A DNA stretch of 64,000 nt from Nitrospinales bacterium (GCA_046757665.1 JBHHYO010000001.1:26822-90821); one strand, 5' to 3'; numbered from the stretch's first letter, positions 54,324 to 64,000 are shown. Notes: generated by a model from the sequence alone, not told the origin. Program-made: numbers and translations.

Positions 54324-56510
54324 ATGCGAAACATGTCAGGGAAATCCCGGTTAGTTATAATCTGGGGCGCGGTTCTTCTTCTGTTGTTGGCGCCGCCCCT
54401 GGTTCTTCCGTTGAAGCCGGGCCTTGCGCCCTGGGCAGACACCGCCACGGAAGCGAACACCGCTCCGCCACCGGTACGCAAGCATTATAACAGGCTGGCC
54501 GCGGAAAAAAGCCCCTATCTGTTGCAACATGCCGACAACCCCATCTTCTGGTATCCCTGGGGCGAGGCGGCTTTTAAGGCCGCGCGCGAAGAGGACAAGC
54601 CCATCTTTCTCAGCATCGGTTATTCCACCTGCCACTGGTGCCACGTCCTGGAAAAAGAGTCGTTTGAAGACCGGCAAGTGGCGGATGTGCTGAACGAGGG
54701 TTTCATCTGCATCAAAGTGGACCGGGAAGAACATCCGGATGTGGACAAAATTTACATGGATGCCGTTCAGGCAATGACCGGAAGCGGCGGCTGGCCGTTG
54801 ACGGTGGTGATGGGTCCCGACCTGATGCCGTTTTTCGGCGGCACATATTTCCCCAAGGAGGACCTGATTCAAATCCTGCAAACCTTGAACGTTGCCTGGC
54901 AGAAGGACAGGGTAAAGATCGCGGCTATCGGCAAAAAAGTTCAGAGCTATTTGAATTCGCGGAATGTTTTATCCGCCGGATCGATAACGCTGGACGAGGG
55001 TGTGTTGAAACAAGCCTATCGGCGGATGCTCGCCCGATTCGATCCCGAGTACGGCGGATTCGGGCACAGGCCCAAATTCCCTCCCACCATGAAACTGGGC
55101 CTGCTTGGCCGTATCGCCCGCCGCTCCGGCGAACCCAAAGCCTTGAAGATGGTGGCCGAGACGTTGGAATACATGGCGCGCGGCGGCATGTACGATCATC
55201 TCGGCGGCGGGTTCCACCGCTATTCCACCGACCGGGAATGGCTGACGCCGCATTTCGAAAAAATGCTTTACGATCAGGCGGCGCTGGCCAGAGTATATCT
55301 GGAGGGTTTTCAATTGACCGGAAACCCGATGTTCGAGCAAGTGGCGCGTGGCGTTCTGGATTATGTGCTCAGGGATATGACCGGGCCGCAGGGCCAGTTC
55401 TATTCGGCGGAGGACGCGGACAGCGAAGGCGTGGAAGGCAAGTTTTACGTTTGGTCCCTTCAGGAGTTGAAGAAGCATTTGAGCGAATCGGAATACCGGC
55501 GGTTCGCGGCCGTTTATGACGTTTCCGGCGAAGGAAATTTCGATCTCCCCGGACAGTCCGCGGCCAACATTTTGGCCCTGAAGCAAGACGCGGACTGGCA
55601 GGCCAGGCAGGCGCTGGCATCCATCCGGCGCAAGCTGTTGCAAATCAGAAACCGCCGCGTTCATCCCTTCAAGGACGATAAAACCATAACCGCCTGGAAT
55701 GGGTTGATGCTGGGGTCCCTGGCCAAGGCCTACCAGGTTCTGGGCGACGAGAAATACCTGAAAGCCGCGCGCCGCGCCGCGCGGTTCCTGCAAACCCACC
55801 TGTACCGTAGCGGCAAGTTACTGCGCCGCTACCGCCAGGGCGACGCCGAATACCCGGGAACCCTGGACGACTACGCTTATCTCGTTCAAGGTCTGCTCAC
55901 TCTTTACGAAGCGGATTTCGACGCCGCCTGGTTCCGCTGGGCGCGCGAACTGCAAGCCAAACAGGATGAGTTACTTTGGGACGGCGACGGGTGGGGATAC
56001 TTTTTTTCCGAGGCCGATTCCAATTTCCTGCCCCTGCGAAAAAAAGAGTTTCACGATAACGCCCGCCCCAGCGGCAACGGCGTAGCGGTTTTGAATCTCC
56101 TGCGCCTTTACAACTTCACCCTGGACGGGAGTTATAAAACCAAGGCGCAAAATGTCTTGAAAGGGATTGGCGAACGCCTGACGCGGTTTCCCAACGGCTA
56201 TTCGCAAATGTTGATCGCGCTGGATTTTTATCTGGACCGCGCCAAGCAGGTCGCCGTGGTCGGCGACGCGCGCTCTCCGGCCAACAAGACCATTCTGCGG
56301 GCGTTTCAGACCCGGTTCCTGCCGAACAAAATTCTTGCCTTCAAATCCTCCTCCGACTCCGCGGCGGCACTGCCTGTCCTGAAAGACAAGGTCACCGCCC
56401 AGGGCAAAACCACCGTGTACGTCTGCGAGGAAAACGTCTGCAAATACCCGACCAGCGACCTGGACAAGGCCATCGCCCTTGCCGACGACCCCAGACATTA
56501 TAAGCTTTAG
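54324..56510 (+). CDS. Thioredoxin-domain protein of the DUF255 / YyaL (SSP411-like) family with (alpha/alpha)6 barrel
   Basis: I set the start at ATG 54324. It has an N-terminal signal/TM segment. Motifs: [29 protein letters not shown]...[17 protein letters not shown]. Confidence 0.88.
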   Translation: MRNMSGKSRLVIIWGAVLLLLLAPPLVLPLKPGLAPWADTATEANTAPPPVRKHYNRLAAEKSPYLLQHADNPIFWYPWGEAAFKAAREEDKPIFLSIGYSTCHWCHVLEKESFEDRQVADVLNEGFICIKVDREEHPDVDKIYMDAVQAMTGSGGWPLTVVMGPDLMPFFGGTYFPKEDLIQILQTLNVAWQKDRVKIAAIGKKVQSYLNSRNVLSAGSITLDEGVLKQAYRRMLARFDPEYGGFGHRPKFPPTMKLGLLGRIARRSGEPKALKMVAETLEYMARGGMYDHLGGGFHRYSTDREWLTPHFEKMLYDQAALARVYLEGFQLTGNPMFEQVARGVLDYVLRDMTGPQGQFYSAEDADSEGVEGKFYVWSLQELKKHLSESEYRRFAAVYDVSGEGNFDLPGQSAANILALKQDADWQARQALASIRRKLLQIRNRRVHPFKDDKTITAWNGLMLGSLAKAYQVLGDEKYLKAARRAARFLQTHLYRSGKLLRRYRQGDAEYPGTLDDYAYLVQGLLTLYEADFDAAWFRWARELQAKQDELLWDGDGWGYFFSEADSNFLPLRKKEFHDNARPSGNGVAVLNLLRLYNFTLDGSYKTKAQNVLKGIGERLTRFPNGYSQMLIALDFYLDRAKQVAVVGDARSPANKTILRAFQTRFLPNKILAFKSSSDSAAALPVLKDKVTAQGKTTVYVCEENVCKYPTSDLDKAIALADDPRHYKL

Positions 56511-56536
56511 CTAAAAACGGACAAACTTGTTATAAT
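56507..56536 (+). promoter_or_regulatory. Candidate sigma70-type promoter (TTAGCT - 18 nt - TATAAT)
   Basis: A perfect TATAAT lies at 56531-56536. An AAGGAG RBS precedes GTG 56563. Confidence 0.3.
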
Positions 56537-56562
56537 AAATTTTTCCTTGCAAGGAGTATGTT

Positions 56563-57402
56563 GTGGAAACAGCCAAACTGGGTGAACATTCGACCGCTTT
56601 TGAGGAAAACGTTTCCTCACTCGAGCCATTCCTCAAAATCATTCGTCCCCGTCATGACGCATTGATGGAGCATCCCGTCTATTCTCAAGTTGCGGATGTT
56701 GCCTCACTGCGGCTGTTCATGGAGTCGCATGTGTTTGCGGTGTGGGATTTCATGGCGCTTCTCAAGACGTTGCAGAAGCGGTTGACGTGTGTCGATGCGC
56801 TTTGGCTACCGCCCAAGGATACGGATTCGGCGCGATTGGTGAACGAGATTGTTTTGGCCGAGGAGACGGACGAAGTTCAGGCCGGGAGTTATTTCAGCCA
56901 TTTCGGGCTTTATCTGTCGGCAATGCGGGAAGTCGGCGCCAACACCCGGCCCGCCTTGAGTTTTATTGATGCCTTGACGGGGGGGATCATTCCCGAGGTG
57001 GCCATGATGCCCCTTGCGGTTTCCCAATCGACACGGGACTTTGTCAATTCCACCCTGGAGATCGCCGGCAGGTCGAGCCATGAAGTGGCCGCGGCTTTTC
57101 TGTTTGGCCGGGAGGAAATTACGGGTCCGATGTTCCGGCAGATTTTGCGGAAACTGGAAGAGTTCCGTGGCCAGCCCTGTCCCGCGTTTCGCCTGTATCT
57201 GCGCCGCCATATCCACCTCGATGAAACACAGCACGTGCCGATGGGGAGAAAGTTACTGGAAAACCTCTGCAAACACGATCCGATGAAGTGGCGGGAATCC
57301 CTGGCCGCCGCCCTAGCCGCCCTGGAAGCGCGCCGCCGTTTGTGGGACGGCGTGGTCCGCTCCATAGCCGAACGGGAGCGCGGCGGGGGTGATAACGATT
57401 GA
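56563..57402 (+). CDS. DUF3050-family (heme-oxygenase-like fold) protein
   Basis: The region HPVYSQV...LRLFMESHVFAVWDFMALLKTLQ matches my recollection of the DUF3050 N-terminal signature. The start is GTG. Confidence 0.6.
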   Translation: METAKLGEHSTAFEENVSSLEPFLKIIRPRHDALMEHPVYSQVADVASLRLFMESHVFAVWDFMALLKTLQKRLTCVDALWLPPKDTDSARLVNEIVLAEETDEVQAGSYFSHFGLYLSAMREVGANTRPALSFIDALTGGIIPEVAMMPLAVSQSTRDFVNSTLEIAGRSSHEVAAAFLFGREEITGPMFRQILRKLEEFRGQPCPAFRLYLRRHIHLDETQHVPMGRKLLENLCKHDPMKWRESLAAALAALEARRRLWDGVVRSIAERERGGGDND

Positions 57403-57460
57403 GCGGCTTTCCCTTGCCTTTTAGGGAGCACACCCCCCCACCCGGCCAAAGAGAACCGAC

Positions 57461-59371
57461 ATGCCGTTTAAACTGATAGGCGCTCTTTACTTTTTTTGCT
57501 TGCTGGAAAATTTTCTCATCCGCACCGTCCTGACCGTCAAGGAGTTCGGCCTCCTGGACAAGCCCATCGCGGACATCCCCAGAATTTATCTTGTCGGTTT
57601 CTATTACGATTCCCTGTGTTTCAGCTACATTCTGATCCCCATCGTTTTATACCTGGCGCTTCTTCCAAAAGCCGTTTTGAATTCGAGAATTCATAAACGG
57701 GCGGTGCAGGTTTTTTTCTTTTTGTTGATCGCCTTGTTTTCTTTTCAAGCCCACGCGGAATGGTTTTTCTGGAATGAATTTACCAACCGATTCAATTTCA
57801 TTGCCGTCGATTACCTGGTTTATACGACGGAAGTGGTCGGCAATATTGTGGAATCCTATCCCATGCACTGGGTGTGGACCTCGGTGTTGCTGTCCTCCGC
57901 GCTGATTTATTTTTTGGGAAGAAAAACCATCGCCGCGGCGGCGGATGTTTCCATCCGGGCCGGCTTGGCGCGCCGCTCTGCGGCGGGGTGTTCGCTCTTG
58001 TTGCTCCCGGCGCTTGCCTGGTTTGTTTTGGGCGGTTTTTTGCGGGACGTTTCCCCGAACCGCGTGGTTGACCAGTTGGCCAAAAACGGATTGTATGAAG
58101 GGTTTTCCGCGTTTCGCAATAATGAGCTGGACTACTACACGTTTTACAAGACCTTCGACGACCGGGTCGTCATGGATGTCATGAAAAAAGAATTGAGCGC
58201 CGAAAACAGCCGGTTCATCGCCGATGCGCCCGTCCCCCTTGCCCGGCTCATTTCCAATCCGGGGCCGGAGCACAGATATAACGTCGTGATGATTGTTGTC
58301 GAAAGCCTGAGCGCCAGGTTTCTGGGTGTTTTCGGCGGCCCGTTTCATATAACGCCCTACCTGGACCGTATCGCGGGGCAGTCGTTGTTGTTCACCAACT
58401 TCTATGCAACCGGCAACAGGACGGTGCGTGGACTGGAAGCCCTTATGTTGTCGGTTCCGCCCACTCCCGGCCACTCGATTTTGAAGCGCCCCGACAGCGA
58501 ACACCTGTTCACCATGGGGCCGCTGTTTGCGCGCCGGGGATACGACAACAAATTCCTCTACGGCGGGTACGGCTATTTTGACAACATGAATTATTTTTTC
58601 GAACACAACGGGTTTCAAAAAATAGACCGAACGGATTTGAAGCGGAGCGAAATCGATTTCGCCAACGTCTGGGGCGTGGCCGATGAAAATATATTGCAAA
58701 AGTCGCTGAAGGAGGCGGACAAGTCTTACGCCCAGGGACGGCCGTTTTTCCATTTTGTCTTGACCACGTCCAACCATCTTCCCTTCACGTTTCCGGAGGG
58801 GCGGATCGACGTGCCCTCCAAATCCGGAGCAGTCGGGGGAATAAAGTATACGGATTATGCAATCGGCACATTCCTGGAGCGGGCCGCCGAAAAACCGTGG
58901 TTCGACAATACTATTTTCGTTGTCGTCGCCGATCATTGCATGGGTGGCAAGGGAAAGACCCATATTCCCATCCCCAATTACCATATCCCGCTGATCATCT
59001 ACGCCCCAAAAATCGTCAAACCCGGAATCATCGACAAACTGGCCAGCCAGATGGATGTCGCCCCGACCCTGCTGGGCCTGCTCCATTTCACCTATAAAAG
59101 CAAGTTTCTCGGCAAGGATATTCTGAAAATGAAAAAGAGCGAGGAACGGGCCCTGCTTGGCACCCACGAAAACCTTGGTTTTCTTAGAGACGGAACGCTG
59201 GTTACCCTGTCGCCGAAAAATAAGGTGGAGTACTTCGCGTTCAATCCAAAAGACCGAACGATGCAGGCCGCCGCGCCGGACACGCGGAAGTTGAAGAAAG
59301 CCGTCGGTTATTACCAGTACGCCAGTTACCTGCTGACCCGTAACCTTTACAAGCGTTATGACCGTTCCTGA
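57461..59371 (+). CDS. LtaS/MdoB-type sulfatase-family phosphoglycerol (or phosphoethanolamine) transferase
   Basis: Five N-terminal TM segments are followed by an alkaline-phosphatase-superfamily domain (NVVMIVVESLSARFLG...TGNRTVRG...VVADH). Confidence 0.83.
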   Translation: MPFKLIGALYFFCLLENFLIRTVLTVKEFGLLDKPIADIPRIYLVGFYYDSLCFSYILIPIVLYLALLPKAVLNSRIHKRAVQVFFFLLIALFSFQAHAEWFFWNEFTNRFNFIAVDYLVYTTEVVGNIVESYPMHWVWTSVLLSSALIYFLGRKTIAAAADVSIRAGLARRSAAGCSLLLLPALAWFVLGGFLRDVSPNRVVDQLAKNGLYEGFSAFRNNELDYYTFYKTFDDRVVMDVMKKELSAENSRFIADAPVPLARLISNPGPEHRYNVVMIVVESLSARFLGVFGGPFHITPYLDRIAGQSLLFTNFYATGNRTVRGLEALMLSVPPTPGHSILKRPDSEHLFTMGPLFARRGYDNKFLYGGYGYFDNMNYFFEHNGFQKIDRTDLKRSEIDFANVWGVADENILQKSLKEADKSYAQGRPFFHFVLTTSNHLPFTFPEGRIDVPSKSGAVGGIKYTDYAIGTFLERAAEKPWFDNTIFVVVADHCMGGKGKTHIPIPNYHIPLIIYAPKIVKPGIIDKLASQMDVAPTLLGLLHFTYKSKFLGKDILKMKKSEERALLGTHENLGFLRDGTLVTLSPKNKVEYFAFNPKDRTMQAAAPDTRKLKKAVGYYQYASYLLTRNLYKRYDRS

Positions 59372-60243
59372 GGCATGATAAGTTGAATCCGGTGAGGCGA
59401 AACGGTGACGGTCGCCGGCAGGGAGCCGGCACTGTCGCCGTCGGCTTGAACGGGTTCGGACCGCCCGCTGGTTATCGCAATGCGTTGTGCCCCGGAAATT
59501 TGCTTTCCGGGGCTTTGCCGGCCCAGGCCGAGAGCTACGAGGCCGCGGATGACGCCAGCCCGGCTCTCACCGCCGAACAGGGAAACGACAAAGCCCGGCT
59601 GTTGCAGATCGGCTGACGGAGCCTGTAAAAATTTTCCGCCGTAATACCGGCCGTTTGAGATGACGGCCCACGCCGCCCGGTATTCGGAACCGTCGATTGT
59701 TACCGTGAGGCTCGGCGGCGGTCGTTCCAGCAGATGCTTCAGCGCCAGGATCAAATATGCGCCCTTGCCGAAACGTTTCTTGAGCCGGGGCGGAACGCCG
59801 GCGACGGCGCGGGCGTCAAATCCGGCGCTGGCCATCAAGAGGAAAACACGGCCATTGAGGTCTCCCAAATGAATGGGCTGTGCGGCGCCGAAAGCAATGG
59901 CGTGGGCGGCGCATTCGGGCGTTGGCTCAAGGCCGATTTCGGCGGCCAGGACGTTTGCCGTGCCGACAGGAATGATGCCCAGTGGCACGGACTCGCCGAG
60001 GAGGCCGTTGGCCGCTTCACGAATGGTCCCGTCGCCGCCCGCCGCGATGACGGCCTCGCAGGCGCCGCTTCTTGCGGCGTCCCGGGCCAGACTTTCCCCG
60101 TCGCCGGGCCGCCCGGTCTCCCGCACCTCAAGGCGCATTCCGAAGTCTTCCAGTTTACGGATCGTCGATTGAAGAACCCCCCCCTTTTGCCCCGCGGCGG
60201 GATTATGAATGATGCAGACCCGCTGTCGAAGCATAACCGTCAT
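59356..60243 (-). CDS. Diacylglycerol-kinase-family lipid kinase (YegS/BmrU-like)
   Basis: I set the start at ATG 60243 (MTVMLRQRVCIIHNPAAG). The AAGGDGTIREAANGL motif is present. The start has an ATGA overlap with the upstream TPR gene stop. The remaining 378 N-terminal codons of the listed 673-aa ORF are rejected. Confidence 0.88.
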   Translation of the reverse strand: MTVMLRQRVCIIHNPAAGQKGGVLQSTIRKLEDFGMRLEVRETGRPGDGESLARDAARSGACEAVIAAGGDGTIREAANGLLGESVPLGIIPVGTANVLAAEIGLEPTPECAAHAIAFGAAQPIHLGDLNGRVFLLMASAGFDARAVAGVPPRLKKRFGKGAYLILALKHLLERPPPSLTVTIDGSEYRAAWAVISNGRYYGGKFLQAPSADLQQPGFVVSLFGGESRAGVIRGLVALGLGRQSPGKQISGAQRIAITSGRSEPVQADGDSAGSLPATVTVSPHRIQLIMPQERS

Positions 60244-61823
60244 GCCGGCGGGTCGGCAAGGATTTGCCGGACGCGCGCGGCGCGTTGGTGGTCCTTGAGT
60301 TTCAAGTAAAGCTTTTCGGCTTTCTTGAGGTGGAATGCAGACTTTTCCGGGTCGGGGATTTTGCCGTGGTATAAAATGCCCAGCATGTAATGGGCGTCGG
60401 CGAAGTCGGGCTTGATGCGTATGGCCTCTTCCAGGGTCCGGCAGGCCTCCGGATACCTCAACATGTCGAAATAAGCCATAGCCAGCGAGTAATTGGCTTG
60501 CAACGAATCGGGTTTCAGGGCGACGGCTTGCTTTAAAACTTCGGCGGCTTTCTCCAGTTGCGAGGACGCGCGGTAGGCAAGGCCGAGGTAATAAAAAACG
60601 ACGTGGTTCCTCGGATCCACCTCCATGGCTTCGCGCAGAGTGGTTATGGCGTCGCCGATTTCGTTTTGTTTCAGGTAGGACGCTCCCAGCGCGGTGTAGG
60701 CGTGGATGAAATCCGGTTTGATCCGGATAGCTTCCCGCAAGGCCCCGATAGCTTTGTCGATCCGGGGAACGCCCATGTCCTCCAGACTGCCGTAGGCGAT
60801 GCCCATGTTGTACAAGGCGTCCGGGAAACGGGGCTTGTGATGAACGGCTTCGCGGTAGGCGTCGACGGCGCCCTGGTAGCGCCCGAGGCGTTGCAGGCGC
60901 AGTCCCTCCTTCAGCCAGGTTTCGGCGATTTTTTCCTTGTCGGCAGACTCGTTGGCGGGTCGCAGGATTTGGTGGGCGAGACTGGCGCGGGGCAGATTGT
61001 TTTGCGTGACGAAAAATTTTTCGGCGCGCGCCAGGTACTTGGCGGCCCGTTTCGGGTTGCGCAGTTTTTTGATGTGCAGGGCGCCCAACTGGTAATACGC
61101 GCCGGCAAAGTCGGGTTTGGCGCTCACCGCTTCCTTGAAAGCCTGGCGCGCCGCGGCATGTAGGCCGAACTCGTTGTAGGCGTTGCCCAGCATGTAACAG
61201 GCATGGGCCAGGCAACGGTTTTTCCGGGTCTCCTCGTCGTGGCTGGGGATGGCGGGGTAGCGCCCCAGACGGTCGAGAACCAGTGTCAGCCAATGGTGCG
61301 CCAGGGCAAAGTCGGGGCTGATCGACACGGCTTGCTTGAAGGCGGCAAAAGCTTTCTTGTTTTTTCCGCTTCGCCAATAAGCGATACCCAGGTTGCAGTA
61401 AATCCGCGGGCAGTTGGGGTTGAGTCCGGCGGCCTTTTTATAATGCTCGATCTCTTCCTTGTGATTGCCCAGCGAGCCGCGGACAAAGCCTAAAAGATGC
61501 TGGGCGGGGTACGCCCGCGGGTCTTCCCGCAGGGCTTTTTCAAAAACCGCGGCGGCCTCCCGATTCCGGTTCTGAATGCAAAGCAGTATGCCTTCCTTGA
61601 ACGTTTTCGGGTCGCGCCAGGGAAAGGGGAACATGTTTTTGAGGGTGTCCGCCAGCCGGAGGTCCGCTGTGTCCAATTCCGGGGTGCCGCCGGTTTTCGG
61701 ACTTGCCGCTGGCCGGGTCTCTTGCAGTTCGGCGATCTTCCTCGCCATGGCCGGGTTTTTGTGCTTCAAGTCCTCGCCCAGCGTGGACAACGGGCCGCCG
61801 TCTCTGGCTTTCTTGCTTCGCAT
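60240..61823 (-). CDS. Tetratricopeptide-repeat protein (about 12 TPR units)
   Basis: I set the start at ATG 61823 (MRSKKARDG), which overlaps the pstB stop by 1 nt (TGATG). It has reiterated 34-aa units such as AHYMLGILYHGKIPDPEKSAFHLKKAEKLY and ANYSLAMAYFDMLRYPEACRTLEEAIRIKPD. Confidence 0.85.
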   Translation of the reverse strand: MRSKKARDGGPLSTLGEDLKHKNPAMARKIAELQETRPAASPKTGGTPELDTADLRLADTLKNMFPFPWRDPKTFKEGILLCIQNRNREAAAVFEKALREDPRAYPAQHLLGFVRGSLGNHKEEIEHYKKAAGLNPNCPRIYCNLGIAYWRSGKNKKAFAAFKQAVSISPDFALAHHWLTLVLDRLGRYPAIPSHDEETRKNRCLAHACYMLGNAYNEFGLHAAARQAFKEAVSAKPDFAGAYYQLGALHIKKLRNPKRAAKYLARAEKFFVTQNNLPRASLAHQILRPANESADKEKIAETWLKEGLRLQRLGRYQGAVDAYREAVHHKPRFPDALYNMGIAYGSLEDMGVPRIDKAIGALREAIRIKPDFIHAYTALGASYLKQNEIGDAITTLREAMEVDPRNHVVFYYLGLAYRASSQLEKAAEVLKQAVALKPDSLQANYSLAMAYFDMLRYPEACRTLEEAIRIKPDFADAHYMLGILYHGKIPDPEKSAFHLKKAEKLYLKLKDHQRAARVRQILADPPA

Positions 61824-62599
61824 CAGTTGCCTTGCTCGATATAGTCCTGCGTTTCCCGGCAACTGGGGTTGGCGAACAGGTCCGGTGTGCGGCCGGATTC
61901 GCAGACCCGCCCCTCGCACACAAAAACCGTTTCGTCGGAAACCCGCCGGGCCTGCTCCAGATTGTGAGTGACCAGGAGAATCGTATGTTTCTTCTTCAAT
62001 GATACGATCAATTCTTCAATAACCCGTGACGATTTTGGGTCGAGGGCAGAGGTGGGCTCGTCCATCAACAGGGTCCGGGGCCTGACGATCAGGGCGCGGG
62101 CGATGGCGAGCCTTTGTTGCTGGCCCTGCGACAACGTATGGCCCGGCCGGCGAAGCCGGTCCTTGACTTCGTCCCACAAAAACACTTCCCGCAGATACCG
62201 CTCGGCCAGGTCGGGAAACTCCTTGCGACGTTCCGGATGCAAGTATTTCAACCCGAAGACAACGTTGTCAAGGATGCTTTTCGGAAAGATGCAGGGTTTC
62301 TGGAACACCATTCCCACCTTGCGGCGTAGCCGGTTGACGTCTATACCGTTAGAGTAAATTTCGTTTCCATGGACGAAAACCCGGCCCTGGACGCGAAAGC
62401 CGTCGATCTTGTCGTTCATGCGGTTGAAAGTGCGGAGCAGTGTGGTCTTGCCGGACCCCGACGGGCCGATGATGCCGGTGACGGCGTGCGGACGGAACCG
62501 GCAGTGGATGTCTTGAAAAACGGCCTTGTCGTTAAAATGGATACTCACCCCGCGCATTTCCAGGGCGTTGGCTTGTTCGTTTTTGGGTTGCCCGTTCAT
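61823..62599 (-). CDS. pstB: Phosphate ABC transporter ATP-binding protein
   Basis: It has the Walker A GPSGSGKTT, the signature LSQGQQQRLAIARAL, and MDEPTSALDP. 258 aa. Confidence 0.95.
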   Translation of the reverse strand: MNGQPKNEQANALEMRGVSIHFNDKAVFQDIHCRFRPHAVTGIIGPSGSGKTTLLRTFNRMNDKIDGFRVQGRVFVHGNEIYSNGIDVNRLRRKVGMVFQKPCIFPKSILDNVVFGLKYLHPERRKEFPDLAERYLREVFLWDEVKDRLRRPGHTLSQGQQQRLAIARALIVRPRTLLMDEPTSALDPKSSRVIEELIVSLKKKHTILLVTHNLEQARRVSDETVFVCEGRVCESGRTPDLFANPSCRETQDYIEQGN

Positions 62600-63444
62600 T
62601 GTTCCGCCTCCATGGGCGCCCGCGCGCGCAGGGCCAGCGAGCCGAGGATCAACACAAAGACCAGGGCCAGGAGCACCAGGCCCGCTCCCCAGGCATTTGT
62701 CAGGGCCTTGGGGTTCACGGCTTCCTGCGCCAGGACAAGGATATGGGTTTGCAACGTGGTCACGGGGTCGGTCCAGGAGTGAGGCAGTCGGACGCCTGAA
62801 AAGACCGTTGCCGTAAACATGATGGCGGCGGTTTCTCCACCGGCACGCGCCAATCCCAGAAGCGTCCCCGTTACGATGCCGAAAAAACTTTGCGGGACAA
62901 TGATCGATTTGATTCCCTGCCAGGCCGACAGCCCCATCGCTATCCCGGCTTCCCGGTACCGGAGCGGCAGTGATTCGATGGCTTCCAGAATACTCATCTG
63001 CATGGTGGGCAGGATCATGACCGCGAGAATCAAAGTTCCCGTCAACCAGGAAACGCCTGTCTCCAGGAACACGCCGAAGAATATGTAACCGATCAGGCCG
63101 AAGATGATCGTGGGCACGCTGTTGAGCGAATACATCAGGAGCCGCAAAATTCGTTTAATGGGTTTTGAATCCAGGTACTCGGTTTGGAACAGCGCCGCGC
63201 CGAGGGCGATGGGCAGGCTGACCGCCGCCGCGCCCATCATCAGGATCAAGGTGCCGAGGGTCTGATAAAAGATTCCGCCGCCGGCGCCGAAGTCGCGGGA
63301 TTCCCGGGTCAGAAATGCCCAGTCGATGGCCGGGAGCCCCTTGGCGAAAACCGTTCCCAGAATAACGACCGGCAGGGAGCAGGCGGCCAGCGTCAGTAAA
63401 AACAGGCCGCCAAGAGCGGCGCGTTCGCTCGTCCGGTTGCTCAT
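62596..63444 (-). CDS. pstA: Phosphate ABC transporter permease PstA
   Basis: 282 aa with 6 TM segments. It has an EAA-like loop (REAGIAMGLSAWQGIKSIIVP). Its position between pstC and pstB supports the call, and it has 4-nt overlaps on both sides. Confidence 0.9.
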   Translation of the reverse strand: MSNRTSERAALGGLFLLTLAACSLPVVILGTVFAKGLPAIDWAFLTRESRDFGAGGGIFYQTLGTLILMMGAAAVSLPIALGAALFQTEYLDSKPIKRILRLLMYSLNSVPTIIFGLIGYIFFGVFLETGVSWLTGTLILAVMILPTMQMSILEAIESLPLRYREAGIAMGLSAWQGIKSIIVPQSFFGIVTGTLLGLARAGGETAAIMFTATVFSGVRLPHSWTDPVTTLQTHILVLAQEAVNPKALTNAWGAGLVLLALVFVLILGSLALRARAPMEAEQ

Positions 63445-64000
63445 AACCGCGCCCGCCGCAAAAACAGGTTACCGGCAAGGGTCAGGCCCATCACCATGAG
63501 AAACAGGATCAGGCTCAACCCGACAAGGGCGCTCCAGTGCAGGTCCGAGCTCATGGCCTCGGCGGCCTCGCGTCCCAGTTTGGTCGGGATGCTTTGGGCG
63601 GGCGCAACGAGGTTGTACCAGGGTTGCGGAATGCGGTCAAGGCCGCCGATCACCAGCATCACCGCGATGGTTTCGCCCATGGCGCGGCCCAGTCCCAGAA
63701 ACACCGCGCCGACGATCCCCGGTAGCGCCCGCGGAGCCACCACGCGAAAAACCGTCGTTACGGGCGTCAAGCCCAGGCCCCAGGCGGTTTCCCGATATTC
63801 GCGGGGCACGGCCCGCAAGGCATCTTCCGAAAGGGTCATGATAGTCGGCAAAATCATGATGGCCAGCAATATCCCGGCGGTGAGAAGGGTGTTGCCGTCG
63901 ATAAGGCCCAGGCTGTCGCGCACCAGGACGGTGAGAATGGAAACGCCGAGAAGACCGTAAATAATGCCCGGCACCCCGGCGAGTAGCTCCATCAGTGATT
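63441..64000 (-). CDS. pstC: Phosphate ABC transporter permease PstC, 5' end beyond window
   Basis: The frame is open to nt 64000. Motifs: LSEDALRAVPREYRETAWGLGLT and GRAMGETIAV. Confidence 0.88.
   Translation of the reverse strand, partial: SLMELLAGVPGIIYGLLGVSILTVLVRDSLGLIDGNTLLTAGILLAIMILPTIMTLSEDALRAVPREYRETAWGLGLTPVTTVFRVVAPRALPGIVGAVFLGLGRAMGETIAVMLVIGGLDRIPQPWYNLVAPAQSIPTKLGREAAEAMSSDLHWSALVGLSLILFLMVMGLTLAGNLFLRRARL

Noticed and set aside
60244-61377. N-terminal 378 codons of the 673-aa ORF 59356..61377
   Set aside because: This stretch lies in an alternative frame of the clearly TPR-encoding gene 60240..61823. It is extremely R/P/G-rich. The lipid kinase homology begins only at MTVMLRQRVCIIHNPAAG (ATG 60243).
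1-64000. CRISPR arrays, rRNA/tRNA genes, riboswitches (for example cobalamin, SAM) and insertion sequences
   Set aside because: I scanned the intergenic spacers longer than 100 nt (582-684, 10985-11195, 17823-18029, 22360-22472, 30561-30730, 34987-35126, 38088-38208, 40015-40226, 42310-42640). None shows regularly spaced direct repeats, cloverleaf-like arms or conserved riboswitch cores that I can recognise by eye. Covariance-model scans (Infernal/Rfam, tRNAscan-SE) would be needed for a definitive negative.

Overview
This is a 64-kb bacterial chromosomal segment with about 50 tightly packed protein genes, many joined by 1-16 nt start/stop overlaps. By eye I saw no rRNA, tRNA, CRISPR array, transposase or integrase. 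All family calls come from reading motifs in the supplied translations; no database search was possible.

(1) nt 1-34336 is a very large, almost entirely plus-strand tailoring cluster. It is interrupted only by a minus-strand MBL-hydrolase + prfB pair (8823-10984; prfB has the classic +1 frameshift). The cluster encodes:
- five radical SAM enzymes (four with B12-type N-terminal domains, including a tandem paralogue pair with a CX4CX2C motif and an RRE/PqqD-like C-terminus, plus one SPASM type);
- a complete PAPS supply (CysC plus an unusual pyruvate-kinase-barrel::ATP-sulfurylase fusion) next to a sulfotransferase-like gene;
- two LbH acetyltransferases;
- a PIG-L / MaoC / SDR / FkbH / ACP acyl cassette;
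- three GT2 domains, one of them fused to a radical SAM domain and TPRs;
- a GT-C-like membrane protein and a GT-B protein that share a TPR tail;
- a terminal 1201-aa double-NHL-propeller protein.

I recognised no Wzx/Wzy/Wza, initiating phosphoglycosyltransferase or NDP-sugar genes, and several enzymes carry protein-binding modules. I therefore flag this as a candidate undescribed protein/glycoconjugate modification system.

(2) 34.3-42.2 kb is housekeeping: nth, ilvN-ilvC-psd-pssA, accD, a PCP_red::chlorite-dismutase-like fusion, rocD and a Nif3-like gene.

(3) 42.2-44.9 kb is an AT-richer two-gene islet (AlbA_2/HATPase_c_4 protein + ParA-like ATPase) preceded by a 78-bp palindromic element.

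(4) 44.9-64 kb holds mutS2, a lipoprotein hydrolase, YfhO + GT39-like membrane glycosyltransferases, TVP38 + DUF3179, a DUF255 thioredoxin-like protein, DUF3050, an LtaS-type sulfatase, and pstC-pstA-pstB translationally coupled to a TPR protein and a DAG-kinase-family lipid kinase.
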